From contig OX597821.1 in assembly GCA_951406725.2 (NCBI GenBank), forward strand, positions 30,752,001 through 30,816,000: a DNA stretch of 64,000 bases, given 5' to 3'. The notes beneath the pieces were generated by a model. The model saw only the letters and a list, made by a program, of their open reading frames with translations. It was not told the origin of the DNA and did not search any database. Position 1 is the stretch's first letter; every line of letters begins with the position of its first letter. Source of the DNA: Octopus vulgaris (lineage: Eukaryota). A program made the position numbers and the translations under genes. Shown one piece after another: positions 14,151-28,031 of this stretch.

Positions 14151-14263
14151 GAGTGAGAGAGCAGTGCATGCCATCAAAGTGACACCGGGGTAAAATATAA
14201 GAAACCCAGTATACCCATCATGACTACCCGTCATGATGGGTATACTGGGTTTCTTATATTTTA
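14151..14263 (-). mobile_element. 3' end of the (TAA)n-inserted element (same family as 23299-23853) ending in a fold-back hairpin
   Basis: gagtgag.gagcag.gcatgccatcaaagt.acac.ggggtaaaatata matches 23299 onward; 34-bp perfect inverted arms 14191-14224/14230-14263. Confidence 0.8.
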
Positions 14264-14352
14264 TTAATCGACCAGTCCTCGACTCCAAATTTCACGCCTT
14301 GTATCCGTAGTTGAAAGTATTTTTATTATTATTATTATCATCATCATCATCA

Positions 14353-14492
<140 letters not shown>

Positions 14493-14499
14493 ATCATTT

Positions 14500-14884
14500 A
14501 AGGCACCGAACATTACCACACCGTACGAAATGCTTAGTCGTATTTTCGTCGGTCTTCACATTCTGAGTTCAAATTCCACCGAGGTCAGCTTTAACTTTCA
14601 TCTTTTCGGGGTCGATAAATTAAGTATCAATGAAACACTGGTTTTGATGCACACGACTTACCTTCTCCCGACAAATTTCAGGCCTTATGCCATCAGGAGA
14701 AAGAACTGGCAGAGTCGTTAGGACACCGAGCAAAATGCTTTCCATTACGTACTGAGTTCAAATTCCGCTGGAGTCGACTTTGCCTTTCACCCTTTCAGGG
14801 TCGATTAAATAAGCACCAGTCATGCAATTTAATCGATTTAATCCAGTTCCCCAAATTCTAGGCCTTCTGCCTACAGCAGAAAGA

Positions 14885-14885
<1 letters not shown>
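14500..14885 (+). mobile_element. Tandem diverged MetaSINE-type copies
   Basis: Two units with ctgagttcaaattcc and tttca.c.tttc.gggtcgat.aa.taag. Confidence 0.75.
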
Positions 14886-14923
<38 letters not shown>

Positions 14924-15390
14924 GTTGCTGTTGTTGTTCTTGTTGTTGTTGTTATTGTTATGCACACAACACACCCACACACATAAGCACTCGCATACAT
15001 ACTTAAACACGTACAATCACACTCAAATATAGAAACAAATATCGTTAGTGAACCAATGGCAAGAAAATGAGTTCTTAGACAAACAAGAAATAAAATGGGA
15101 AGAGGATTCCGTCTACGAATTGGCTTAAACCATCGATTCGCTGTGCACAAACTTTTCCTTCAGATTTACTACTACCCGCCTACGAGGCATTCACAAAGGA
15201 ATAGAGACACAGACAGACAGACTGAAGACTATGGAAAAAACTACAAACATTTTACTGAATTTTTTTTTTCCAATTTAATTGTTTTTCTTATTTCACTCTT
15301 AGTTGAAAAGGTCTAAAAGGGGGAAACCGGTACTGAAAAGTACTTGATGGTAAAATTATTTTAGCATTTTCTATTTTGTCTTATTTTACT

Positions 15391-15481
<91 letters not shown>

Positions 15482-16138
15482 TGTGTCTGTGTCTGTGTGT
15501 GTTTGTGTGTGTGTGTATTTATATTATATATATATATTATATATTATATATATATAAATATATATACATATATACATAAATATGTATATATATATATGTA
15601 TGTGTGTATGTGTTTTTGTATCATCTATGTATCTCTCAATAAATATATATACATACAGAGAAAGAGAGAGAGGGAGAGAGAGAAAGAGAAAGATGTAAAA
15701 ATATAGATTTGTTTATGTATATATATGAACGAATTTACGTTGGATAACAAATATAATTTTGAAGAATATATTAATACGAGAAACGATATTGATTATTTAT
15801 ACACACTTGTAAAAGAAGACATAAGAAAGAAATCAATATTAAAATCGTTAAAATGAATAGCAACATAATGAGGCAAATAAATAGCTCTATATATATATTT
15901 CCCAATTATCTCAAATAGCATCGAATGTAAATAGGACTTTATAATTGGTTAGTTAACAAAACGATTTTTACCTATATTAGTTGTAGTTAGAAAACGTTCG
16001 TTCGGTGAATGTATAGTTGATCTTGTTTACCATGAAATTAAATTAAGCAGCAAGACTGATTGTAACGCCAAGAATTCAGATACTTTCATACATACACAAA
16101 CATATATACATGTATATGTTTATATGTATGCATGTATG

Positions 16139-16186
<48 letters not shown>

Positions 16187-16210
16187 CATATATGTATACA
16201 TATAAGTGTA

Positions 16211-16276
<66 letters not shown>

Positions 16277-18069
16277 TGTATGCATGTATGTATGTATGTA
16301 TGTATATATATGTGTGTATATGTATGTGTATATCTATGTACGCATGCATTGCTCTGTTGATTTCACTTTCTGGTACTAGCTGTTCGAACGTTCGTGATTC
16401 TTCCATTGGAAGAGGGTTTATTTTGTTTTTTATTATGAGAGCTCATATCCAAAAATAATCCAAGAAAAATTGATTGTAAAAATATGAACCAAGATAACGT
16501 ACATTTTTATGAAATAAATCAAAACATTTTACGTATAGAGAGAAACATATATTACTGCCTCCCCTCTTTCCATAATTGCCATTCATATAGTCACACCTAC
16601 ACAGCAAAACAAAATCTCTTAACGATTTTATGAAGTCAAAACAACCAAAGTTTGACAGAGCTTAATGAAGGTGAGCAAGACAAAATTTCAATGTTACTGA
16701 AAACGTGCACCTTATAAAAGTTAATACACGTGCACACACGCACATACATACTGTACGTAGCTGGTATGTTTATCTTTCCGTTGTTGCACACTCACGCGCG
16801 TACACAGACCTAAATGTGTCTAAGCGCTATTACTTGCTCGTATATTCAAATATTCATTAATAAATCTATCTACACCATTCAGTCTATAGAATTGGTAAAG
16901 GAGTGGATACAGGAAGACGTACAATGTTGATTTCAGTGTTTAGTAAATATTATGATAACCTTTTCCAACGCTAATGAAGATAAACAGATTCTTTTTTTTT
17001 ATTTATAAATTAAACCAGATTTGTATTTGGTTCTTCAAGATAATATCCTCTTCATTAACGTTACCACGAGTAATATTCTAGATTAAGTTTGTTATCTGAG
17101 ACGTATCAGATTTAATAAACACGTACAAGTTAAGATTCTTATGTAAACAGCAAATCATGACTGTGATACATAGAAAAAACTGAAGTAGAATGTTTAGACC
17201 AATACATAGAATATATTCATTAAACAAATAGCTACAAGCTGTACTTCTTAAGCTGTAAATATCTACAAACTACGATATTCAAAATTTATTTGCATATATT
17301 CCAGGGTTATGCGAATATTGGATTCAAATTTTTACACATCGCCACCAGATTTGGGGGACCTGCTAAGCTGTTTAAATTGTTCACAGTGTTCAACAGAAAC
17401 ATTTTATCGGCCCGAAAGTATGAATGTCAAAATGGACATCGAATGAATTTGAATTAAAAACGTGAAGACGGACAAAATACCGCTAAACATTTTGCCTGGC
17501 GTGCTAACGATTCAGTCAAAAGAGTCATGTGGATATTAGACATGGTAGGATCTATAACGTAAAAATAAAAATACTGTTTCACAAACACTGTTTAACATAC
17601 TTTTGAGAAAATATGGGCCGCACACGTTTCTGTGGCTAATACATAAGTATGTACACGTTTATATCTCAGTGCATGTTGTTACTTCAGCAATTAAAAACAA
17701 TCACTATACTGAATGTGTCAGTGATTTTTTATATTCATCAACTTTATATTTTAAACAACTGGCGACGAAAATATTAGGTATGCTTTGTAATAAAACTTGT
17801 AGCTACTAAGTTGTCTCTCTCATAACACAAAAATTATCATCATCAATGCAGCAGAGATCTCAAAATATTACTATAAAAACCAGAAACTGCCCACTACTTT
17901 CTTTTGTTTTCCTTCATATATTATCACAAATATTATCATATATGCACTGAAACAACCTAGTGATTCTAGCAATCGAAATGTCTCTCCTTTAACACAAAAC
18001 AGGTCAAGCATTTTCATTTCTATCGTGAAACTTGTATTGCCTCAAATATAAACTCATATTATACATATA

Positions 18070-18452
18070 GGCACAGCAGTGGCTGTGTGGTAAGTAGCTT
18101 GCTTACCAACCACATTGTTCCAGGTTCAGTTCCACTGCGTGGCACCTTGGCCAAGTGTCTCCTACTATAGCCTCGGGCCGACCAAAGCCTCGTGAGTGGA
18201 TTTGGTAGACGGAAACTGAGAGAAGCCCGTCGTATATATATATATGTGTATGTACATGTTTGTGTGTCTGTGATTGTCCCCCCAACATCGCTTGGCAACC
18301 GATGCTGGTGTTCCCCGTCATATAGCGGTTCGGAAAGAGTGAATGACGGAATAAGTACTAGGCTTACAAAGAATAAGTCCTAGGGTCGATTTGCTCGACT
18401 AAAGGCGGTGATCCAGCATGGCCGCAGTCAAATGACTGAAACAAATAAAAGA
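18070..18452 (+). mobile_element. CORE-type tRNA-SINE with internal microsatellite
   Basis: A-box tggctgtgtgg, B-box ggttcagttcc, CORE-like gcaccttggccaagtgtc, shared 3' part. Confidence 0.9.
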
Positions 18453-19290
18453 GAAAAAGGAAAGAATAAAAACAAAAATGGCAGAATCGTTGCAAAATAT
18501 TTAGCGGCTTTTCGTAAGTTTTTACGTTCTCAGCTCAATTATTGTCGAGGTAGACTTTGCCTTTTATCCTTACATTGTCGATAATAAAAGTACCAGCTCA
18601 GTCATGGCGACGACGTAATCGACTTAACATCTTTCCAGAATTTGATAGCCTTGAGCCAAATGTTGAAGTACATAGAACAGACATGCACATTCTCCTTCAG
18701 ATACGTATGTCACACTCTCAAATACGCATATATTAATTGAACGTGTGATTTCTGGCTTCCTTTTTTTAGCACCTGCAAATTTTAGTAAACCGCCTCCTTA
18801 TTCGTAGATATCTATAAGAATTATGTTAGCTGTAACTTTTTCGTAGATTTTTGCTTTTTTGCTTCTTATCCAAGTCAAATTTCTGAGATCAGTATAATAC
18901 GTTCTCATAGTCTTATTTCGTTCTTCTCTAACTGAAGATATAAAATGCACAATGACTAAATCAGAAGAAATCTATCTTACATCCTACACCTCTTAACCAG
19001 CAGGTGTGAGCGTCTTTCTATTTCCAGTTTTGCACCCCAAATCCAGTAGGAGCCCTAGGGATGGTTTATTACTTGAATCCAAAATGCCATACAAGCCATT
19101 CCTTTTTACGTTCCTTCTTTCTCACTTGCTCTAATTACTTTTCTCAGAATCCATGAGTATCTGTTTTCCATGACGGTGATCAATTCTCTGTTTTTACAAA
19201 GTCTCCTATCCTCAGTGAGTGAAATGTTTTCTATCGTAACAACAGTCGATTTCTTAGCGCTACTTCCCACACAAAGCAACAGAAGGTTCA

Positions 19291-19727
19291 GGATCTTTTC
19301 GGTTTGAACGGCAATTTTTTCTAGCGGTGTCATATGAAATTGTCACCCATAATTATGACCCTAGAATCGATCTATTGCATTTCAATCTCTTTTAGGGTTA
19401 GTGTTAGTTAGGGTTAGGGTTAGGGTTAGGAGTGGGGGAAGGGTATCTTTTTTTCTTCACAAATGTAAATAAACCAAATCTGTTTCTTAAACGAGGGACA
19501 TATTCATACGGCACAGAATGCTTTTTAACTCAATAAACGTCAGTGATTGGTTGAAATTGCCGAATTTGAAGAAGAAAACAATAAATATCTTACAAACTAT
19601 AGAATTTTCTCAATAAAGCCAAGAGAAAAAGATGTTTTATAAACACATTCTACCAGTATACGAAGTCTAAATTTTTTTAGTTACGTAGAAATTATATTAA
19701 AAACTGCCGTTCAAACCGAAAAGATAC
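19291..19727 (+). mobile_element. Merlin-like MITE with (TTAGGG)n, copy 3
   Basis: TIRs; 8-bp TSD aaggttca/aaggttta. Confidence 0.9.
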
Positions 19728-20017
19728 AAGGTTTACCTTATTTGAACATAGTCCGGTAACTGGCTTGTGTGAATCATACAAAGTATGACACCTTTAAAAG
19801 CTTATGCTCGAAGACCGAATTTATATTTTGATCGTGAAGAAGAGGGGCGGGAGCTGCTGATTTTCGCATGCTTGTTTATCTAGGAGAAAATATATGCCTT
19901 ATCAGAGGACCCGGAACTGGGAATAGGATAAAAGTGAAATATATTTAAAGATGTAATCATATAAAATCAGATAAAAGGGGAAACCGTCCTTTGAATCTTT
20001 GCAAAAAAAAAATTATA

Positions 20018-20018
20018 A

Positions 20019-20052
<34 letters not shown>

Positions 20053-20064
20053 GTAATGATGATG

Positions 20065-20110
<46 letters not shown>

Positions 20111-20115
20111 TGATG

Positions 20116-20184
<69 letters not shown>

Positions 20185-20390
20185 TTAATAATAATAATAA
20201 TGATGATAATAATAATAATAATAATGATAATAATAATAATAATAACAATAATAAAAATAATAATAATAATAATAATAATATTAATAATAATAATAATAAT
20301 AACAATAATAATAATAATAATAACAATAATAAAAATAATAATAATAATAATAATAATAATAGTAATAATAATAATAATAATAATAAATAT
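20018..20390. repeat. Long (AAT)n microsatellite
   Basis: Directly visible. Confidence 0.95.
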
Positions 20391-20994
20391 AACTATAGAC
20401 GGGGATTACGCTTACTACATACACTTAACCCGTTGAAAATTTAACTCTACGTTACCTTTCTTCTCTTTTCATCGTTATCCGATTTCCGTTGTTTTGTTTT
20501 CTTTCGTAACCTTCCTGCCCGAGGGAAAACAATTATCTTTTATTTATCACACAATCAAAAGCAGATGAATGAGACGTTTATATTTTGTTCCGACACGCGA
20601 CAAGATTATTACCATCGTCATAGGGTAAGGAATGGATGTTGTATTCTGTATGCCTGTATTATTTATGAATGCGAATAATGTAGGAAAATAACGTTAATCA
20701 AGAGAATGAGAAGCGGTTTCCAGATAGGACTCACTACATTCGTACAAACCATAATATAAACTGTATATTTTTCGTTCATCTTTTACATGTTTCAGTAATC
20801 TAACAGCGTTCCCCCTGGGGCACCACCTCGAAATATTTTAGTCAGATGAATCAATCCCAGAGCAAATTTTTCTAAAAGCCTTGTACTTACTTGTCGGGTC
20901 ATTTTGGGCGACCCACTATGTCACGGGGGCGTAAATACGCATATCCCGGTTCTCGAGCGGTGATAGGGTGGTGGGGAACAAAGACATATCCTAC

Positions 20995-21017
20995 CACACA
21001 CATGGGTACACACACAT

Positions 21018-21052
<35 letters not shown>

Positions 21053-21095
21053 CATATATATGTATATGTGTATATATATATATATACATATATAT

Positions 21096-21131
<36 letters not shown>

Positions 21132-21170
21132 GTGTATATAAATATATATATATATATATATATACATATA

Positions 21171-21242
<72 letters not shown>

Positions 21243-21407
21243 TATATAGGCGCAGCTACATGGTTTCGGGTTCAGTCTCACTGTATGGTGCCTTGTGCAA
21301 GAGTCTTTTTCTATTGCTTCGGGCCGACCAAAGACTTGTAAGTAGATATGCTTGACGAAAACATACATACATACATACACATATACAGATATATGTATGC
21401 ATATATG

Positions 21408-21461
<54 letters not shown>

Positions 21462-21545
21462 AATATATATATATACGTATATGTATATATATATGTATAT
21501 ATATATATGTACGTATATATATATATATATTATATGAATATATAT

Positions 21546-21620
<75 letters not shown>
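20995..21620. repeat. (TA)n/(CA)n block enclosing a SINE head fragment (21249-21360)
   Basis: Directly visible; the fragment matches the CORE-SINE 5' part. Confidence 0.85.
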
Positions 21621-21822
21621 GAAATATTACACATACAGGAGCGGTAAGAAGCTAAGTATTGACAGTTGTATATATAATATATTTCTGTTTTGGAGTAATT
21701 TATAAAATAAGATCCAACATAGAAATACAACGGACTGAAGTCAATATGCCTATTTTCACTTTCAGATTCCATACTTAATACTAATCTCGTCAAAAATCAA
21801 TTTTTGTAACAAAATTTTAATA

Positions 21823-22220
21823 GATGCAGGAGTGGCTGTGTGGTAGGTAGCTTGTTTACCAACCACATGGTTCCGAGTTCAGTCCCACTGCTTGGCACCT
21901 TGGACAAGTGTCTTCTACTATAGCCTCGGGCCGACCAAAGCCTTGTGAGTGTATTTGGTAGACGGAAACTGAAAGAAGCCCGTCGTATATATGTATATAT
22001 ATGTACGTGCGTGTATGTTTGTGTGTCTTTGTTTGTCTCCCTAGCATTGCTTGACAACCGATGCTGGTGTGTTTACGTCCCCGTCACATAGCTGTTCGGC
22101 AAAAGAGATCGATAGAATAAGTACTGGGCTTACAAAAGAATAAGTCCCGAGGTCGAGTTGCTCGACTAAAGGCAGTACTCCAGCATGACCGCAGTCAAAA
22201 TGACTGAAACAAGTACAAAG
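21823..22220 (+). mobile_element. CORE-type tRNA-SINE
   Basis: Full-length match to the family. Confidence 0.9.
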
Positions 22221-22439
22221 AGAAAAAGAGAAAGAGAGATAATTTTTTCACTGTACATAAAACTGAGATAAAATATAATAACGAACAAAATAACTTGCAG
22301 AAAAAATGGCTAGATAAAATAATTATATTAAATAAGAACAAGCGTAATCGAAGAATTAATGTGTAGAGAGCTATCATATGTAGAAGTGAGAAAGTATGTG
22401 GTATATTCCTAAAAATCTCTTTTGCAGATAAGATCACGA

Positions 22440-22483
<44 letters not shown>

Positions 22484-22529
22484 TCACACACACACACAGT
22501 CACACACTCACACGCACAATTTATTTTAT

Positions 22530-22732
22530 TCTTTTATTTGTTTCAGCCGTTTGACTGTGACCAAGCTGGAGCGCCGCCTTTTTAGTCGAACAACTCGACC
22601 CCCAGGATTTATTCTTTGTAAACCGAGTATTTATTGAATCGGGCTCCTTAGCCGAACCACTAAGTTACGGGGACGTAAACATACCAACATCGGTTGTAAA
22701 GCAAAGGTTGGGGGACAAACGTAAACACACAA

Positions 22733-22800
<68 letters not shown>

Positions 22801-22952
22801 GGGCTTCTATCAGCTTTCGCCTTCCCAATCCACTCACAAGGCTTTGGTCGGGCCGAAGCTATAGTAGGAGAAACTTGCCAAAGTTGTCATGCAGTGGGAT
22901 TGAACCCGGAACCATATGGTTGGTAAGCAAACTACATACCACAAACCACTCC
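22530..22952 (-). mobile_element. CORE-type tRNA-SINE
   Basis: Reverse-complement match to the family, with an expanded central (TA)n. Confidence 0.9.
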
Positions 22953-22994
22953 TTTAAAAATATACATGATATGATAATTACTATTTCATTTTCC

Positions 22995-23209
22995 CATTAT
23001 TTACATTGTTTATACTTGACAGGTATTTCTCCTCATCTTTGTGTTAACAAAACAAACGTTGTGTTAACAAAACACAAGGTTTCGCCTGATATACCTTCCA
23101 GCCTTCATCAGGTGTCTTGGGGAAATTTCGAACCTGGGTTCTCATTCCTATTATTATTATATTATTATTATTGTTGATGTTTTTGTTGTTGTTGTTGTTA
23201 TTGTTGTTG

Positions 23210-23285
<76 letters not shown>

Positions 23286-24139
23286 CATTATTATTATTGA
23301 GTGAGCGAGCAGAGCATGCCATCAAAGTTACACTGGGGTAAAATATACGAAGCCCAGTATACCCATCATGACTACCCGTCTGATAAGGGTACACCAGGCA
23401 CATACATCACAACCATATGTGCGCGACATGGTGATCTCATATCAAGATAAACAGCACATGACCTTGCAGGTGGAGCCCAGTTAGAATTTTCTTCAGATCG
23501 AGTAACCCATCCCGTTCAAAAGGTCCCTGAATAAGGGTTGTTTAAGGACGTTGAACGAAACACCTATGTTTCCAGAGGTGAATTATTCAAACCCCAAAGA
23601 ATCCTTCTCAACACATGGCTATGATGCTCCCCCACTACTTCTGCTCGTGAGCAGAGATGCACATATCGTCAGCCACTAAGGGGCATGCTCAACTGGTTAA
23701 GGTCAAACAACTGACAAGCAAATCTGTGGTATTGAGCAGAATATTTGCTGTAGCCCATCTTTTATACCAAGACAAAACAATGTACATGATAACACTTCCA
23801 ATCAGTTAAGATCAGAAGCCATGAGAGCCACTGCCTGGTACTGCATCAGGGCTATCATTATTATTATTATTATGAATATTATTATTATTATTCAGGTCAC
23901 TGCCTAGAATCTTAGGGTTAGTTACCCGCGCTCTTAACCACTGCGCCATAAGCCCGTGGAATGAGAACCCAGGTTCCAAAATTCCTCAAGACATCTGATG
24001 AAGACTGGTGGGTATACCAACCGAAACGTTGTGTTAACTTCAAACAAGATGAAGACAAATATCCGTCAAATGTAAATAATTTAAATAACGTAAATATTGT
24101 AACTAATGTACATAATTCCTCATCTCTTAAATATAGAAC
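22995..24139. mobile_element. Inverted pair of tRNA-head/hammerhead/PLE-tail SINE (minus arm 22995-23959, plus arm 23959-24139) with a nested insertion
   Basis: Hammerhead motifs at 23071-23116 (-) and 23990-24035 (+); tRNA-like head 23891-23959 (-); flanks atttcattttcc/atatcattttcc duplicated. Confidence 0.8.
23299..23853 (-). mobile_element. Non-autonomous non-LTR-like element inserted in (TAA)n
   Basis: ~555-bp higher-GC segment bounded by (TTA)n on both sides; the same end recurs at 14151, also next to (TTA)n. Confidence 0.65.
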
Positions 24140-24237
24140 AATATCATTTTCCTATGTTACGTACATCTGGTATAAGTAATATCATCTGAGCAGGGGTGGT
24201 AGTAGAAGATACTACAGAAGACGTGTTATATTCGTTC

Positions 24238-24293
<56 letters not shown>

Positions 24294-24776
24294 AAGGTAT
24301 GCTCGTGTGTATATATGCACGTCTTTGTGTGTGTCTCTATGTGTGTGTGCGCGCGGGTGTATATCTTATCTAGAATCATTTCCCGGTGTGTCTTCTGTTG
24401 CTCTTTATATCTCATATATTTTTCTCTTTTGGTGCCTCTATTTGCAAACAGCATCAACATCTGTCAATACCGGTTTTTAATGAACAGCATAGCCTTTTTT
24501 GAAAATATGCACCGAATTGAGAATAAGGATTAAGAGGTCAAAAATGAAGCCTGATCCACAAAAAAAACAAAAAACAAAATAATATAAGCAAACGAAAATC
24601 CGGACATCTTTCTGGAGTACAAAAAGAATGAGTCAAGTAGGAAAGTATATCTATTTCTGAAATTATGTCTTTTAACAATCTTTATAGTACAGCCGCTGTT
24701 AGCGTTACTATTTTTTTTCCCTTATGATTACGCATGTTATTACTACCCATATTATCATTGTTGGGTGTTGTTGTTG

Positions 24777-24816
<40 letters not shown>

Positions 24817-24817
24817 G

Positions 24818-25232
24818 AAGGCGGCGATCTGGCAGAATCGATAACATGGCGGACGAAATACTTAGCAGTATTTCGCCTGTCGCTACGATCTCAGTTCAAA
24901 TTCCGCCGAGGTCGGTTTTGCTTTTCGTCCTTTCGGGGTCGATAAATTAATTGCAAGGTGTGTACTGGGGTCGATCTAATAGAATGCCCCCCTCCTCCTC
25001 CAAAATTTCGGGCCTTGCGCCTAGAGTAGAAAAGAATCAATAACACGCTGGACGAAATACTTAATGGTATTGCGCTCGTCGCGACGTTCTGAGTTCAAAT
25101 TCTGCCGATGTTGACTTTGCCTTTAATCATTTCTGGGTAGATAAATTATGTACCAGTGAAACACTGCGCTAGAGTAATCGACTAGTCCCCTTCCACAAAT
25201 TTCAGGCCTTGTGCCTATCGTAGAAAGGCTTA
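24818..25232 (+). mobile_element. Two tandem MetaSINE-type units
   Basis: ggcggcgatctggcagaatcg head; two gttcaaatt boxes; tail ggccttg.gccta..gtagaaa. Confidence 0.8.
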
Positions 25233-25259
25233 TGATTATTATTACTTCATGTACGCACA

Positions 25260-25523
25260 GAAGTTTAGACAATTGAAACAAATGCTTTACATCGGACTAG
25301 AGGTGACATTAGAGGCTAAGGACCTTTTTACGTATCTTAGTTCTCCCTATTAATATGGTATCTGGAGCTGCACTCTTCGTCTGTTCAGATCTTTAGGATT
25401 ATTTCCTAATGCACCTATAACTACAGGGATATATTTTATCTGCATTTTCCATAGCTCCTGTAACTCAATATCTAGGTCCTGGTCTTTTGCTGTTTTCTTT
25501 ATACCACTCTAATTTCAATCGTA

Positions 25524-25558
<35 letters not shown>

Positions 25559-26700
25559 TAAGGCAAAAAAAGAAAATGACACTCCCCAGGCACAACAGAA
25601 TATGCTTCAACACACGAACTCATATAAAGAATCTTGCAAACCAAATCCCAAAACAAAAAATGAAATTGCATGATTTGAGTTTCTGGTGGCTTTATAGGTT
25701 TTCATTTGCTTTCTATGTAAATCAATCTAGCGATACGTCAAGCAGATTAGCTAATCCGTAACTTTTTATATTGCTATGGATAACGAAAGAATTTAAAAGA
25801 TATAGGTTTTTCCTGTCTTTCTAGTTTTCCTGCGCTACATCTATATTAAAGAGAGTGTCTTCTCTGCTTCAATTTCGGAGGCCAGAACTCCATTTGGAAG
25901 AGATCAGTAATATATGATGAGTTCTTTTACTACGGGTTGAGATTTTCTTTCATAGACCATTAAAATTGTACGTGCAGCATCTCAGCTTGATAAAATAGAT
26001 TTTATTTTTATGCCAAATATCAAGGCCTTATTTAACACTATCGAATTATAGAAGGATAGCAGCAAGATACATTAAGCTATATGAATATCATACGTTATTT
26101 ATATTCTAGCACTTATGAACGTAATGAAAGTTGTATTTTAGAGTAGAGAACAAGTAGCACCCTGCTCATAATTTTCTTCCTAACCCTACCTTTCAGATTT
26201 AGATGAGCATATTAGTTAAACCGTTGATTTACTTTCAAAACTAAACATGTGATTCTTAACGTTACTAAGATATTTCTTGTGGAAGGTGGGTTATATAGCT
26301 CGGTCCTATCATCTAATCTTAGTTTACACACAACATGTAGAACAGATTTTATTCAATTTTGTAACTGCGAAAGATGTGTTCATAAAAGTTCTATATAATT
26401 CCTTCACAGTTAAGTTATAATAGGAATCTATACGAACCACATATTAGTTACCGGTCTTATCTGCTGGTACCAAAATTTCCGGTGCTACCCTCACTTTCTC
26501 AAGGATCTGATCCAATGTTTCCTCTGGTGAGGCTTTTGTCGAAAGGGAAATTTACTAAAATTTATGGTTCCATATGTTATACAATTCCTCTTCAAAAAAG
26601 GGCCAGGTGTTAATTAGTTGTGGGGTTATCTCAAGTTTTGAATTCCTACTTATATACATTCTTCGAGTCCTTTGGTATTATCTTCATTCTTTCTTTTGTT
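25260..26700 (-). pseudogene. Decayed Penelope-like reverse transcriptase
   Basis: Interrupted minus-strand translations ILVPADKTGN, KNH..F...RL...KSE.GR, (FD-like)..YPSI and NLLDVSLD, in PLE RT order. Confidence 0.6.
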
Positions 26701-26775
26701 AACTAAAGGAAGATGATCTCTATCTAAGTGAATGAATGAAGGATCTTTTGTTCGCTGTTAATTGTTTAAGTTGCA

Positions 26776-27135
26776 AGGCGGCGAGCTGGCACGTCGGGCG
26801 AAATGCGTAGCCGTCACGTTCTGAGTTCAAATTCCGCCGAGGTCGACTTTGCCTTTCATCCTTTCGGGGTCGATTAAATAAGTACCAGTTACGGTATAAT
26901 CGACTTAATCCGTTTGTCTGTCCTTGTTTGCCCTCTCTGTGTTTAGCCGCTTGTGGGTAGTAAAGGAATATGTATTTCGTCTGTCTTAACGTTCTGATTT
27001 CAAATTCCGCCGAGATCGACTTTGCTTTTCATAATTTAGTGGTCGATGAATTTAGTACCAGTTGCGTACTGGGGTTAATCTAATCGACTGGTTCCCTCCC
27101 CCAAAATGTCGTGCCTTATGCCCAGAGAAGAAAAA
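26776..27135 (+). mobile_element. MetaSINE-type dimer (full unit plus headless unit)
   Basis: Two Meta-like domains. Confidence 0.85.
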
Positions 27136-27758
27136 ATAGTTTAAGGTGCATCATTTTCATTAGTATAGGTATACATTTAATTGAAACATCATGTTTCGTT
27201 GTTTCCGCCTCAAAGGTAAACTTGTGGGTGTATGTATATGTATATAAGCTCATATATAGCCGGATGTAATTCAATTACGTTAATTAACAGTTCAATACAT
27301 ACTTCAAAATAGCAAACTACACCAAACGTAATCGTGAAAATATGAACTCATTGTGTATTGTCTTTCTCTTAGGGCATTTGAAGTCGTGTAAGATTTTTGA
27401 AAGAGAAATGTTATTAATGATAGTGTTCTAATATATGCTTTCTCTATATTTTTATACTAAACATAATAGTCTCCATCAATTGTTGAACATGCTAGTATGC
27501 CACTTAAACTTAACAAGACATGCACATTTAAATTACGTTCTATTTTTATGGAGCTCGATGTCTATATTTCCTTACTAAAAACATGTATATTATATAAGGA
27601 ATTCTAATCACGCATGTAAACATCAAATTTTGTTATGCATTATTATCATGCACTAAGCTCGTTGCAAGATCAAACTTATAGTTCCAAGGTACACCGTTGC
27701 AACGTAAGTCGAAGATTATAATTTAAATCATGGCTCCAGCTGGAACAAAAAAGGCAAA

Positions 27759-27827
27759 CTAAAACTCCAGAATAGTATTTTCTCTCTCTAATCTCTCTTT
27801 CATCACCAGTAACATTGGTGTCAGCAC
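27759..27827 (-). CDS. Candidate terminal coding exon (VLTPMLLVMKERLERENTILEF*) of an unidentified gene
   Basis: Pyrimidine-rich acceptor ttttctgttatattgttcag, open phase-0 frame to TAG, unique AT-rich sequence downstream. Confidence 0.35.
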   Translation of the reverse strand: MLTPMLLVMKERLERENTILEF

Positions 27828-27976
27828 CTGAACAATATAACAGAAAACGTAATGAATTATGTATGTATGTATGTGTGTATGTATGTATGCATATGTGTGT
27901 GTATATATATATATATAGTGAGAGAGAGAGAGAGAGAGAGAGAGATAGATAGATAGATAGATAGATATATATATAT

Positions 27977-28030
<54 letters not shown>

Positions 28031-28031
<1 letters not shown>

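Noticed and set aside
19730-19960. R2/R4-type RT remnant (LYFDREEEGRELL resembling RLY..R..GGRGL)
   Set aside because: A single degenerate motif, too weak to annotate.
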